Source of the DNA: Camelus ferus
Taxonomy: Eukaryota
Direction: 5' to 3'
NCBI RefSeq assembly: GCF_009834535.1
Contig: NC_045696.1
Location: 9,240,001-9,304,000 of the forward strand
Length of the DNA: 64,000 nucleotides
In this document: positions 1-14,509 of the stretch, one piece after another
Layout of the letters: each line of letters begins with the position of its first letter
Position numbering within the stretch: the stretch's first letter is position 1
The notes under the pieces: model-generated
What the model was told of the DNA's origin: nothing
The model's database searches: none
Seen by the model: the letters and a program-made list of their open reading frames with translations, nothing else
Translations under genes and position numbers: made by a program

Positions 1-859
1 GGCACTTCTTCTGAAGATGTTATTCCGCCCGGGGGTGTGAAATGATCTCCAGTCCCCTTTTCACCTTCCTTTCCTCTCCCCACCCTTGCCCTGGGGGAGC
101 AGTGCACCCGTTTGCAGCAATCCTGAGGTTTCACCACTTCCAGATGTGGTGAGGAAGTGGGGTGTGTGCCCCGGCCCCTTGCGGAACTGCAGGGTCCAGC
201 CGCGGCTTTATGAGACCACAGCCGGCTGGGCTGCCAGAGTTCACCAGCCCCGGTACCCCCGTAAACATGAGGCCTCAGAAAGCACAGACTTGGGGCTGCT
301 GTCACTGCTTTGCCTTGGAGAGTGTGTTGTGGCAGCAAATGTCCAGGAAGACTGGCCCTGTGACCTTCTGCCCAACTAAATAAAGCAGCTAGTCTTCTGC
401 ACTGGCATTTGGATGAACACACTGGCGTCGAGGGGGACGACACATGCAGGGGGTGGGGGTGGAGGGAGCGGGGAGGGCAGCATTTGGCCTGGCTTGTTTA
501 TCAAGTGGATCAGCCAGTTGCAATTGTGCTTACAAAGGTCGCCAGCTGGCGGGACAGGAGTGAACTTGAACTTGAAGTTCAAGTTGAACTGTGCAGTTTC
601 CCTGATGGAGCTCTAAGTTCCAAGCCGCTGCCTGCCTGCTGCCCTCTGCACTCTCAGAGTGCTGGAATTCTAGAGAAGAGAGGATGAGCCTGGAGGTGCT
701 CCATCAGCACCACCTGCGGGACACCAAGGCTCACCTCCGCTCCCACCGTCAGACCTCACCGCCCGTTTGCCACCAACCCTCCCTTCCTCACAGACTGCCC
801 ACCACTCTGGTCTTTGTGGAATCGTGTTTATCACATCTTTCATGATAATTAAACTGATG

Positions 860-1056
860 TTGGCTGATGCATTCTTTCATTTAACTTGCCTAACAACACT
901 GTGAGATGGAAAGACGGTTATCACTTCTGTTTCACAGGTGAAGAAGCTGAGGGCCCAGAGATGTTAAGTAACTTGCCTCGGGTCACACAGCTTACAAGTG
1001 GCAGAGAGCTGGGATTTGAACCCAGGCAGGTTGACTTGAGGGTCCATGCTGTTAAC
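860..1056 (-). mobile_element. MIR SINE
   Basis: Antisense MIR core: tttcacaggtgaagaagctgagggcccagag...gttaagtaacttgcc...ggtcacacagct...gggatttgaacccaggc. Confidence 0.85.
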
Positions 1057-2519
1057 TAGCACCCCGCGTGTCTGCACTAACACAGGATTGTACAATCAAG
1101 TTCTTGTCTTTTGCTGCTTCTGGTCTTAAGTCAAGAGACGCCTTCATTCCTTCATTGTTTCTTTCCACCTTCTTATTCAGTCCTAGTATTGGTGCTTCTA
1201 CATAGTACTCCTCCTGGACCCGACCATCAGCCAAAACTCAGGGTGCTGTTTAGGTGAAGTTCCTGAGAGCTGGAGAAGGAAGTTCTCAAGGGTGCCCTTT
1301 CCTTAGCTTCCTCCACTGTGAATCCCCCCGCAGGGCACCGGTGACCGTGCAGCTTGCCCCCTCCTTGGGAGCCCAGAGCTGCAGCCTTTCAGCAGCACAG
1401 CCAGGGCCACCTGTGTGCTGGCCAAGGCCACTGCTTGTCTCCAAAGGGGCCAAATCCAGGGCTGCTGGGAGCCTTCTAGCCTCTCTGGGCAAGGACCCGC
1501 TCAGGCTGCAAATGTAAACATCAGTTCTCTCTGCGGCAGCGCCACCACCTCCCAGCCCTGCGTTTGATCCAGAATTGCCGATGTCGGGGTGGTGGTGATT
1601 TAGCCCATCGGTCCTCCTTTGCTCTCCTGTTGCCTTGGTACTAGTCTGGCTACAGCCTGCTGAGAAAAACACTTGAGAGTCAGTCTTTTATTCTCTACAC
1701 CCACGCACTTAAAATACCAGGCCCATAGGTCATTTTAATGAGGGAATTTGGCTAATAACACGTGTGCTCTGGGGTGCAGCTACCACGTCTGCAGGTGCTG
1801 GCAGAGGAGGGCTGTGTCTGGGCAGGGAAGAGCAGGGGCGGGGCGGGGGCGGGGCGCAGGGGGCGGGGCTCCGAAGGTCCGCTGTGCCCACTGGCTGACC
1901 GTCCCCAGGTATCCACACCCGCGCCAGGTCTGCTCGGAAGAATACAGGGAAGTGGCAGGCAGAGTTTTCCTGAAGTGGAAAATGTCACACACACCTGTGA
2001 GCAAAATGTCATCACTTATTGCCTCTGTCTATGAGGTAATAAGCAGATGTCCTGCTGCTCAAAGCAGTAAACAAGAGCTCATTGTGCGGGAGGTGACCCG
2101 GAATACCTCCACCTTCGTGAGCCACGTGACTGTGGCCAAAATGCCCCACCTAGTTGTTTTTGCTGGACAGACACTTCTCGACTGCACAGAAAATAATAGA
2201 ATTGTAATTACAAGCAACGATTTCACAAATATTCACTTTGGTTGAATTTCATTCCCAATTCAGGCCAGTCTGTGGTTAACCAGAGGGCAGCATTAAGCGC
2301 CAGGAGCCCACATTCAGCTTAGTAAGAAACTGCTTTTGAACTGTAACCCAGGCTTATAATTAGCTGTTGCGGACAGTTTGGGTACATGAGCCTCACCAGG
2401 ACTATTCTCACTTTGGGGGGCAGTGGCAGAGCACAGAAAAGTTACCGTGAGTCTGGATTCCTGGCGCTGGTGCCACTGAGTTGGCAGGCAGAGATTTAGG
2501 ACTTCATGACAATAATGTG

Positions 2520-2700
2520 AAGCACAAAGCTGAGAGATCTAGGTTTTCTATGTACCCGAGCTGTGTGACTTTGGACAAACCACTCACCCTCTCTGAGCTT
2601 CAGCTTTGCTACCTACTAACCAAGGACAAGAAAATCTATCTTGTTTATTTCATGAGAGTGTTTCAAGGACCAAATGAAATAGCATATGGGAAGGTGTTAA
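2520..2700 (+). mobile_element. MIR SINE
   Basis: agctgtgtgactttggacaaaccactcaccctctctgagcttcagcttt followed by a MIR-like tail. Confidence 0.7.
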
Positions 2701-2903
2701 GTTGTCAGTTCTACACAGGCCTAAAAATGCCAACATTTTGAAGACAGTGATTCTTTGTTGTCATTTAGGAAATCGAGCATAGGATGGTTGTAGGAGGGCC
2801 GCCACAGAAGTGGGACCATTTCAGTGGGTAAAACCCACAGGGGCCTGGAGAGCAGTTGTCACTTGTAGTGCTAAGACCAGAACTCTTTATGACACTTGGT
2901 GTT

Positions 2904-3351
2904 TGTACTGGGTTGAATAGTCTTCTTTCATACCCCTGGGTAGTCTCATGGTTAAAAAGTCACGTCCATGAGTAACCTCAGAATGTGCCCTTATTCAGAA
3001 ATAGGGGCTTTGCAGATTTAATCAAGGCGAAGTCCTACTAGAAGACAGTGAGCCCTAAATCCAACGACTGTTACCCTTGTAAGGAGAGGGCGATTCGGAG
3101 ACAGAGGACACAGAGGGAAGGAGGCAGAGAGTGGAGTGATGTTGCCACAAGTCGAAGAGTGCCAAGACTTGCTGGTAACCACCGGAAGCTGGGGCGAGGC
3201 CACGTGGGGTTCTTCCCTGGAGGGAATGTGGCCCTGTCAACACCTCCATCTTGGACTTCTGGCCTCCAGAACTCTGAGACAATAAATTTCAGTTGTTTTA
3301 AGCCACCCAGTTTGTGGTAATTTGTTACAGCAGCCCTAGGAAGGAAATACA
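2904..3351 (+). mobile_element. MLT1 (ERVL-MaLR) solo LTR, MLT1B/C-like
   Basis: TG...CA termini; diagnostic 3' end ttggacttctggcctccagaact...aataaatttc...aagccacccagtttgtggtaatttgttacagcagccctagg; 5-bp target-site duplication GTGTT at 2899-2903 and 3352-3356. Confidence 0.92.
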
Positions 3352-3669
3352 GTGTTTTCAGGGAATCTCTGAAATGCTGACGTTGCAGGCAGCAGAGGAC
3401 ATACAGGGCAGGTGCACGCCTACATGTGGAGTTGGGCACCAGGATTTTATCTCAGAAGGTAAAAACCAGAGTTAAAAGTGACATTGTATGTAGCCCATGA
3501 ACCCCCTCATTTTTCAGACAAGGAAGCTGAAATCTGGAGAGGTCAAATATTTGTACAGGAAGCCAAATCTTCTGACTATTTAGCAGGAAGAGCTGTGTCT
3601 GTCTGTCTTTCTTTCCACACACACACACACATGTATACCTTTGACTGCAATGAACCAAGATACTGTTTT

Positions 3670-3840
3670 AATGGTTTTACTCATATTAACTCATTTAGCC
3701 TCTCCCTAAATTCTGTCAGGTAGGAAATGTTATATGTATCCGTCTTCCAGGTAAGGACACTGAGGCACAGAGATGGCTCGTGACTTGCCAGAGGTCGGCT
3801 AGACAGAATTCAAACCCAGAGTACATGCTCTGCGTCACCT
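3670..3840 (-). mobile_element. MIR SINE
   Basis: attaactcatttagcct...caggtaaggacactgaggcacagaga...tgacttgcc...gaattcaaacccag. Confidence 0.75.
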
Positions 3841-4593
3841 AGCCAGGAAGCAATGCTTTTAAATAATAATATATTTATATACTAATACTTTTATTATAAA
3901 TTGTATATTTGTAAAACAACCTTTAAAAGTTATTAAAAGCATTGCATTAGACATAGGCGATGAAGACATGCCCACATTTCCTAAGTATGTATAAAATGCT
4001 TAGCTGGCAATCCATATGCATATTTATGCTAACAATTGTAACTGAATCTCAGCCTGTTAGTTGCATATCATTAAGTCCATTTATTGACTGTAAATGTTAT
4101 CTGGCCAGTCCCATGACTGCCTAGAATGACATCTGGCATTTCAAAATGATATTTAAAATCAACCAACAATTAGTATTTTTAAAATACAGAGAGAATAATT
4201 GTAATTTAGCCTATCCCCAAACTTAGGAATTCTATCTTTCCTAATCCTTGGAGGTACAACGTTAGAGAGGAAGGATGGAAATTTTTTTTTTCGCTCTTTT
4301 TGCCCTGAGCTTATGAAAAGGATGGACATGGTGGGGAGGACTGGAGAGCTGTCCATCTGCTCCTGTTTTCCTGGGGTCTTGACCTGAAAGAAAACAAATC
4401 TGAATCTCTCCTGATTCTGTGTTATTAGGGACCAAACGAAAGCCACGTGCCTATGGGAAGTGGCACATCTAAAAAGCAACGTAGGTGTGTATTCCAGAAC
4501 TGAAGCAAAACCAAACTCAAGGGAGCATTGGGAAAACCAGTGACATGTACTGAAGGACTGCCACCTTTCCAGTTTGAGGGCTGGAAAGCATGA

Positions 4594-4968
<375 letters not shown>

Positions 4969-5679
4969 TGAGCACTAGGCTCTTTTCTTGAGGTATCCTC
5001 TTAGAAGGCAGAAGGAAATCAAGCTGACTCAAGTGCATGTTAGGATCATTTCGGGGCGGCGTGGGACTAAAGACCAAGTATGTGGTAAAGTACAGTGGAA
5101 GACTGGCCGGGTGCAGAAGTGGCCAAAAATGTCTGGAGGGTCAGAGTAGACCACAAAGGGGCTGACTATCATCCATGCTGGCCTTTTATTAATCCGTTAA
5201 GGCCAAAGATGAAAACTGTGAAAATGACCCTTTTCTTTCTGTGGCACAGATCAAAATCTTATTACAGGATTATTTAAAATAGAGAACGGGAGGGGAGAAG
5301 AGCGCCTGGGGAAACCAGTAAATATAGAAAGAAGGTACCAAAAAAAGAGCTCCTGTGAGGAAAGCTTTTTTAAAAAAGGAGTGGGGTTGTTTAGTCTGCA
5401 GAAAAATGTCTTCACGGTGACTTAATGACTATCTTTGAGTAAACACCAGAGTAACACTCTTTTCCAGAACCACACCCTTCCCCGGGATGGAGGCTGGTTA
5501 CAGCTCCCGATCTGTGGAGCTGACTGGAGCCCCTGCTCAGCACCTGCATGCCTCCTAGCCCGATCAGGCCCCCGGTGGAAAATTAAGATTCATTCTTCTC
5601 AAGGAAAAAGGGGGGCAGTTTCAAAACTAGGGCTTGCTACTCTGCCAGGAAACTGAGATGCAGGATGTCAGGTCTTGAA

Positions 5680-5805
5680 ATGAAGTGGTTAAGAATTTGG
5701 GTTCTGGGGCAAACAGGCAGTGTTCTGGTTCAAGCAATTTAGCCATTGGGGAGATATGGAGCCTTTCTGATCCTCAGTTTCCTTTTCTATAAAATGGGGA
5801 TAATA
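5680..5805 (+). mobile_element. MIR fragment
   Basis: gtggttaaga...cctcagtttccttttctataaaatggggataata. Confidence 0.7.
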
Positions 5806-7297
5806 CTGAAAGAGAATGAACCCCAGAAATGCTAGCAATTCCCCATAGAGCCTCTCTGGCTGCTGCTCCCCCCGGGGACCTTCCCATCAGGGTGGTGCTG
5901 AGGGGGGCTCTAGGGTCAGCTCTGGGTCGTGGCCCTCTACAGGTCATCCTGTGAGCACCGCAGCTTCCAGCAGTCTTTCCTACTGTCCTGGCCACAGCCT
6001 CTTAGCCCCTTGATCACGTACAGAACCATTCTGGGTGCTGCCTCAGCTTTCCCAGTCCCCAGGAGTGGGCAGAGCTCCGCAGAAAACCACCACACCCACC
6101 TGGGACAGCCCTCCAGGACGTGTGTTTCATTCACCACTTCTTTGGTGCCATTCACCTGCTCCGCGACTCCCATAATTTCTGACCTCATTTCCCCCTCGCA
6201 GCTTTTTCTCTGAAAGCCCCAGGAGACGTTCTGGCCATGCCCAGACTCAGGAAACTCTGGGACTTGGTAGCATCCCCTGATTCCAATTCCAAGCAAACCA
6301 CAGGCTCAGAACCACACAGTTACAACCAAACCCAACTTTGGAGGTTTGCAAAGGAGGAATGGGAAACTGAAGATTCCTAATGACCCTGTATTCAACATAA
6401 CAGATGCCACGCAGGTGCCTTGGCACTGACAGAGGACCAAAGAGGAGGCAGGCTCAGATTATAGCAGGCACTGGGGAAGGGACAGGCAGCCGTGAGGTGT
6501 GAGGAAATTGACCTTGACACTAATTAAACTTTGAGAAAGCCTCACTCAGGAGGCTGTAGAATCTCTATCTTTAAAAACAGAAGCAGCTGGGACAGTTCTG
6601 GGACTTCCTGCCTGGAGGAAGACGCTTACACCAGGTGACCCCTCTGGAGTCCTTCCTCTTCTGCTAGTCTTTCATGCATAAAAAAGGGCAGTTTGGGCCC
6701 CACTGCCAGTATTTCCTGTAACATTCAAAGTACTAACGAGGTGGTTGAGCTTCGGAAAACAAATGGTGGCTGCTCAGACTTTTAAGAACCGGCAGTCAGC
6801 AGGGAAGAATGTGCAGTTGTGATGGCCTACCTGTGTATATCGTTGACTCTACTTCTTGCTGTTTTACAACTTAAGAAAAGAGTCATTATTGAAAAGGGCC
6901 ATTTAAGCAGACAGAAGGGGTTCACTCCGAAGAGGCACCTCATTTTTACAGAGTCTTTCCTGTCAAATGGAATTTGGGGTCTAGGGGAAAATTAAATTGA
7001 TAATCAAATTAAATTAAATTAAATACATATAAATATGCTATAAAGAGGCATTATAGGCCCAGGAGGACAGTCTTGATTTCACAAGAGACTTCAAGAACAA
7101 AGTCAAATGCACACAGTCTCCTAGGGTGAGTAGGTAACCCTGCCTTTTCCCTCTACAAAGCAAGGCAGGCCTTTGTGTGCTGTTTCCTTCTTATAACTAG
7201 AATGTCTTAATTCAAGGTGGGAACAGCTTCTTTTTGATAAAGCTCTGCTCACAGTCACTTTTTTTTTTTTAAGAGAAAGTTAAGAGAATTTCCACCC

Positions 7298-7915
7298 CCA
7301 GCTTGATTGAGATATAATTGACATGTAACATTGTGTCAGTTTAAGGATTGCAACATGATGATTTGATACATGTCTATGCTGTGAAATTAAGACTTCAGTA
7401 AGATTAGTTAACACATCTATCACATCATATAGTGACAATTTGTTTGGTGTGCTGAGAACTTTTAAGATCTACGCTATTAAGAATTTTCAAATATATAATA
7501 CAGTATTGCTAACCATAGTCCATACTGTACGTTACATCCCCAGAACGTTTTCGTCTTATAACTGGAAGTTTGTACCCCTTTGACTCATTTCCCCCACCCA
7601 TAACCCCTGGCAACCACCAACCTACTTTCTGTTTCTATGCGTTTGGGGGGGGTTATTTTTTTGTTTTTTGTTTTTTAAGATTCCACGTATAAGTGAGATC
7701 ATTTGGTATTTATCTTTCCCTGTTGGCTTATTTCACTTAGCATAAAGCCCTCAAGGTCCATCCGTGTTGTTGCAAATGATAAATGGCAGGATTTCTTTTT
7801 TATGTCTGAATAATATTCCAGTGTATGTATATGTATGTGTGTGTATCACATTTTCTTTATTCATCATCTGTAGATAGATATTTTGGCTGCTTCCATGTCT
7901 TGACTATTGTGAATA
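7298..7915 (-). mobile_element. LINE-1 3' end (old L1MA-like), 5'-truncated
   Basis: Antisense L1 3'UTR hallmarks: ttgagatataattgacat, gattccacgtataagtgagatcat, ttatttcacttagcataa, ttccatgtcttgactattgtgaataa. Confidence 0.88.
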
Positions 7916-9944
7916 ATTCTTTCTAATGCAATTTTAAGAGTAGTCATTGCAAGTAAATCCATATGCCCAGTGTCAACTCTGTGGATTCATAACACCTCCC
8001 AGGTCCCTCCTATCATGATTACAGTGCTGTGAATTCTGGGTGATTCTGGCAAAATCGTCCCAGCATCGCCAAGTTGAACAGTTTTGAAAAGTTTTCTTGT
8101 TTCCTGAAATTAAAGACTAGGAGAGCTGGAAGGACCTGAGGGAGCCTTCCAGCCTAATTGCCTCATCCAGAAGGGAAATCAGCCTCAGAGAAACGAAATG
8201 ATCTACCTAGGTTGGAAAGAAATAGTGGGTGATGGGGCCAAAATTAGAATGAGGAGCTCCTGATGCCTAACCCTGTACTCTCATCCATCTGTCCGTCTGT
8301 CTGTCCACACAGTCACCTCTCCATCCACTCCATACCATCTGCACATCATCTGTTCTAAACTCCCTGACCCAGCCTCCATAGCCTCTTGTTTGAAATGAGG
8401 TGTTGGCTTCTGTGACTTCTCACGTTTGTCTCAGCTCTAAGATTGTCTCGAAAGGGCCAATGTCAGTGCCTGATTGCAGGCAGGAGCCTTCACCTTAAAG
8501 CATTTGTGTAAAACCCAGCAGGAGAACTTATCTCATTCCACCTGCCAGGCAGGTCATTAAGAAAAGGACAAAGAATTAAGGAACATGCCACAGCGAGTCT
8601 GCTGGCCAGGCCGATGGCATAACTCGATGTTTCCCAACCAATTTCCTGGTTTTCAGTGGTGAAATTGTAGCAAAAAGTGTATTCCAAAGAGAACTGAAAA
8701 CGTTTTTCATTTTGGTTGGTTACCTGCCCTTTTACAATAACTGGCCTGCCACTTGATGAGTGAAAACTTATTTTTCCCCCATTCCATGGGATTTTTTTTT
8801 TTTTTTACATCTCAGGCCAAGGGAGAAATTATTAATTGTTGAAAAATACAATTGATTATGGAGGAAGAACAGCATCAGAAGGTATTTTCGACTGGGATCA
8901 GTTCTTGCAAGCAGCAGTGGGGGTCTGTTTTCAGTTTGTAGGGGGAGACAAGCTTGTCGGTGTGTTAAGAGACAGTTTTCTCTTTATGCGTGAAAGACAG
9001 AGTGCAGGGATTTTTCAAGAAAAGGATGTTTGAGGGTTGTTTTTATGCATTTTTAAAAAACTATTTCAGGGGACCTAATGGGAGACTCTAGCTCTCAGCC
9101 CACGTGTCTGTAATATGATAATGCTGAGATACCAAAGCGTATTCTCTGCAGACATTTCACTAAATAATTTGAATGTGTGAATCAACTCGGCCATGGAGGC
9201 AGATATTTTGCTAAGAGGGGTTGAAGAGAGCCAGTAGTGGGGACCCTAACTGACCCGGTGGTGAGGTCGGGGAAGTTGTCCCAGTGGGGTGGGGACTAGG
9301 CAGTCATTCTGAAGTCATGAGCCCTCACCTGGCTGGCCAGGTGTCCGTTACATCTGGAACACTGAGTAACCCAATTAAAAATTGAAAAGGTTCATAAAAC
9401 CAATATTGGCCATTTCTGGGACAACTTTCTGCCCTCGGATTAGTAACTGCTGTACCCACGCTCTTGAGTTTCACAGTGACAGATAGCCAGGTGGAGCCGC
9501 TGCTTAAAATATTTGGAATATGCTGCTTTCTGGGTCACTAGCCTTCTTGCCTGCTAACCATGGGGAGTTATAGTTAAAAATAAGTCAACTGAGGCACTTA
9601 ACTCCCCATCACTCACTTGCTTTGTTAAGGACTTTGTTGAGACTATGTCATACAAATAGAACTTTCTTCTATGATTTTGAAAGTAAATAGCAGATCTATA
9701 ATATATACATGTATCTATAGAGAGAGGAAACAGGGTCTTTGTTTATGGCGAGCATGTTTCAAGTGAAAAAGAGGAATGGATGAAAGATGCCTGTAGACTT
9801 AGGATAATAACAGACCTAAAAGTATTTGAAATCAAATTTATCCAGAAACGTATGGGATGAACAGAAATGTTTACCCATTGCTCTGGTGATTAACTAATAT
9901 ACAGTTCTTTTTTCAAATGTTATTTTCTCTTCATAATCAAAACA

Positions 9945-10180
9945 CCTAATAATAATAATAATACCTAACACTTAGTGCTAATTGTTTGCCTAGCACTGAT
10001 CAAGGTGCTTCAAATACTTTAATTGACATCATCTTTGCAAGATTTGGTAAGAAAATTGACACAAAGAGAAATCCGGTCCCTTGGCCAAGATCACACAGTT
10101 AGCAAAGCCAGAACTGAAATGAAGCGGTCCAGACGTGGCAATCTACCCATGCCAGAGTCTGTTTTTAAAAACTACACCAG
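9945..10180 (-). mobile_element. MIR SINE (degenerate)
   Basis: aataataata...acacttagtgct...cttggccaagatcacacagttagcaaagccagaact. Confidence 0.65.
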
Positions 10181-13100
10181 TAGCTACTTGAGTTTATTGT
10201 GCTGAAATTTCTGTTCAGAAATTTTTTATTAGGAGAGTTTATCAATAAAATTCTGGTTCAAATACAGTTTTCTTCCAGAAAGCAGAGCCTCACAGCCTTG
10301 GTAGTTGTCATTTTTGTACCAGTGGGATGGGATCAGCATTTTCCATGGGGCAGGGCTGCCGTGAAGCAGACTAGACACACCGTCACACAGGCTGACTGCT
10401 GGTCCCATATCTGTCTCCAGGTCTGCTCATGGGCCTGGCATCAACAGGGACCTGAAACAGGGATAGTGCACAATGGAAACCTCCCCGTCCAGTGCAGGCA
10501 CACAGGAAAAATGAGTAATGTGACAACAGTGACCACTAGGTGGATGGTCCAAGTCCCGTTCCCTCTTCAGCAAAGAGCTTCCTAGAGGGACCACGTGCAC
10601 AGTGCACAGCCCACTAGAAGGATGCAAATCTGTGTCCTTCTTTGCTCTTGACTGGTTAGTGGAATGCCGGACGGTTGTCCAGATCCGTGATCTCAGGATT
10701 GTAGTTTTCAATCCACAGTCACTTTGTTCGCTGGAAAGTGCTTCAGGCAGTCACTCCAAATAATGACCAATGATCTGCTTAATCTCTCTTTCCCTGGATT
10801 CCTCAAATGTCAGATTTGGACTTCTTTCTAGATGAAATTGTTATTCCCCAAAAGAAAAGGAAATAATTCTTTCTTCCCTCTCACCCAAATGTAAACTAGG
10901 AGACAGAAGGTCCAATAGGTAGAATGTTCTACTTACGCATATCCCTTCTCCCCATTGTGAAAGGCAATTCAGTGCTAAGACGGACTTTCTGGGGTAACTG
11001 CCACTGGTCCTGTGATAAGCTCCCCAACTATCTGATGACTTGGCAAAAGCAGTTTTGAAAGCAATAATAATCCTGCCTAAATGTTTCTAGTGGATATTAG
11101 GATGTCTTTCTGTTTATTATGCTTAGTAGCATCAAACTAGACCAAGAAGAATTTTGTATACATAAAGATTTCCTTGACCCGTGAGTTTTCAGTGGACTTA
11201 ATCAGGCTAAGGTCTGAAAGGGTCCCTTGGACAAATGGGGATGTAAGAGGATCCTGGAGGGAGTGAGCTTCTGCCCTGAGAAGCATTGATCACTCACCTT
11301 GGTAACTCAGACCCAGGTAGGCCTGCAACCTCTTAGTAACTAGCTCTGTCTTATAGAGAAGTCACTGAGATTTTTAGATGGCATTTGTATTGCTACAGAA
11401 AAGAAGAGAAAAAAGTTCCTCCCAGGTACCAATGAGAACCCAAAGAAGTGATCTGGGTACTTTCTCAGTCTAACCTAGGGGGCAGGGAGAGAGAAGAAAT
11501 ATGGAATGAAACTTAAACCATAACCTTGAGTATCTCTTTCCATCTGGACCATGGCAAGCCCACATCACTATTTAAATGCCACACCAGTGAAATCAAGATC
11601 TAAGCTAACATATCACAGTCCTTGTTAGAATTTAGTATGTGAGGTGCTAAAAGAAAAAAAAAATCCTGTCTGCATTTGGACTTCCGTTTCTTAATCTTCT
11701 AAGATGTAAAATGGTTTCTGGATCCTGACCTGGGGGACCCGGGTTTCATGCTGGCGCCACCAGGCCAGTGGGTGTGAACTTGGGCAATTATCTTAAGTAC
11801 TTTCTCCTCACTTTCCCCTTCTGTCCAACCAGGCGATGGCACGAGATAATCTCTAAATTAGTTCCCACTGAATGGGTAACAAAATATCATCAGAAAAACA
11901 GAGCCATAGGCTTTCCGCAAACAGCGCCCCTTAGAGGCTGACCCCCCTGGACCTCCTTCCAGGGCAGCACCGTCCATCACATCAGACAAATCCATGTACA
12001 CCCAGTCCTTTGTCAGGTATATTTTTGCTGTAAATTTGTGAAACGGCTTTTATCATTTGGTGTTGAAATTATCTGGCTATGAGTAACTCACTTAATTTCC
12101 TGTGGCCCTGAATTCCCTGCCATCAACATAGTGATCACCATCGGGCTGAATCCCTGTTTTGGCAGTTGCTGACTGTGTGGGTAACCGTACCTTGCCGGGG
12201 TGGAGGGGAGGGGTTGCTGGCCTGGCTGAGCCTCGATAAAACAGGGACAGTGGCTGTGCTAACCTCTTGGGGCAGGGAGCCGGAATGCAACAGCCTTGGT
12301 AGAACATTTTGAACCAATGCCTGGCACACAGTCGGTGTTCAGCAGATGGAGCAATTACTTGCCTTTAGTCTTGGAACCCTTTGGAAATGAGAAAACTCTA
12401 AACAAAAAAAGACTTGTGATTCCTAAGCTTAAAAATTCATGAAGTTGCCATAATGTTTCATTTTTTTAGACACGTAATTAAACATTTATACATTTTGATT
12501 TTTTTTTTTTTTTGGTTTTCCTTTTGTATTTAGACACAGTGAAATATCTTTTCTGGCATTTTTATGGACCTTTAAAACAAAATGGGCACTGTTCCTAAGT
12601 CCCTCATGGCTAAATGGCTTTGCCCCAAAGGTTGAACTTTGTGTAAAACTCAGGGGGAAGAATCCTGTCTGAGTAACATCGGAAGTGGGTATTTGAGGTC
12701 TAACATGTGGATGCTTTATGATATATGCACGACACAGCTTAGAAGAGGCTCTTCCACAGTGTTCTAGAAAACTGACATGAAATGTGCCAGAGTCTTTTGG
12801 GGTCTGAATTCTCCCACCAGACGAATGCAGCTTACCCCGGGGACGGGTGGTACCTGGACCGGTTACAGCCAAGCTTTGCAGGCCTAGGAAGCCTGCAAAC
12901 TCAGCCACTCCCTGAGTTTCTTCTTCTTTCCTCTTTTCTTTCTTGCCCTGGCATTTTTTCTGGGGGGCTGGGGGGATGTGTTTGGTAGGGCTTTCCTTCA
13001 TTTCCCCAAAGACATTCAGTGGCACATTTCAAAGATATGGTGCACCCACTTTGCACATCGAAGACTCTTCTGGGCATGCGCCGTGCCTCGGTTTGCTGCC

Positions 13101-13953
13101 CGCTCACCTTCTGACCCGGTGGAGCAGCCTCTGACCTGGGATGGTTGGGGAGCGGCTCCGCTGAGGTCCAGGCTGCAATCTGGTTGCACTTTGGGAAGCA
13201 CCTAAGCCATGACGTGGGTGCTGCACGAGCAGGTGGACCCCATCGCTGTGCGCGCAGCTATCCTGGAGCCGGGGTGGGCGCACAGCTTGCAGGTGGATTG
13301 CAGTTGGCCCAGAGCATTATAACGCATCCGCTTCTAGGCACTGGGGTGGACTTATAATTTTTTTCATTCGTTAACCACTTTACATTTTTCATTTTTCATA
13401 AAGACTCTTCTTTTTTTTTTTTTTTTCATACTCTTCTTGAGTTTTTGCAAAGGCTTGGCTTTTTTCCTGTAAGCCATGTAGCTAGGAGAGGCATTAGTAA
13501 GAATTGGGTCCAGTGGGTCTGATAGAACTCCAATACCATAACCAAAACAAACAAACAAACAAAGATGTTCAATTTAAGTAAATTAAATAAAACTACCCCC
13601 TTGCACTAGGTCTGTGTTTTAAGTCCGTTGAGCTAGCTTGCGATTTCTGTGTTCTCCATCCTTTCCATGTTCTTTTCCCTTATAAACAATTTGTTTTAAA
13701 GGTTTGCTTTTTTGCTATGAAAAGTTGGCAATAAAAAAGGGGTAAATTAGGTATAACCTGTTACTGAGCATTACAGCTATGTTATCAGACACATCACAAA
13801 AACTGACACTGGATGTGAAATACCTTTTACACCCTGTGAGTTACATGTAGTACATTTAGAGTGAGTTCTTTGTGCAGGTTATGCACTGTCACTGGGAAAA
13901 TTCCCAGTAGCCAATTCCCAAATAATCTGGCTATACATTTGTAGATGAAAGCC

Positions 13954-13958
<5 letters not shown>

Positions 13959-13985
<27 letters not shown>
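13959..13985 (+). repeat. Poly(A) run of about 27 nt
   Basis: Uninterrupted A homopolymer. Confidence 0.95.
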
Positions 13986-14509
13986 TTTAGGTACCCAAAG
14001 CAAAATTCTTTTCCATTTGCCTTTTTAAAGGAACACAGTTGAATTAATCTGCCAACTCCCTAGACCCCAATAAAGTAAGTTAATGGCAATACATCACTTT
14101 GGTTCTGCCATGATTTACATATACTCAGGTTCCATTAAAGCAAGTATTGACTAAAATTCAGATTGTTATTGAACTTTCTTTCGAACATTTGAGATTCCAT
14201 TTGTTTGTTTTTGTTTTTTTGTTCACGATGGCTTAGAAGTCAGCTTTCTGGTCATTTGAGATAAAAAGTAAATATTTGAAATTAACTAAGCTCTTAGGAA
14301 CTATATACATTTATGGCCCTTTTTGGATTTCTTCCTAGTATCACCTTATTATTACTTAACCTCTGAAGTGGTTTTATGATATTTCAAATTCACTTGCTTT
14401 AAAGAGCTAAGGAGAAATACGCAGAGTCACAGCTTTTCATTCTCTGGCACGGCATACACAGCCCTGCCTCAGAAATGAAGCAGAGAGCCCTGAGCCTCTG
14501 TGAGGAGTG

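Noticed and set aside
10348..10620. Possible MER91/hAT-Tip100-like element
   Set aside because: Only short terminal-like motifs (cagggctgcc, gtgcacagtgcacagcc) are recognisable; not supportable by eye.
11922..11940. CTCF-like motif on the minus strand (CCTCTAAGGGGCGC)
   Set aside because: Two mismatches at informative core positions; too weak without ChIP data.
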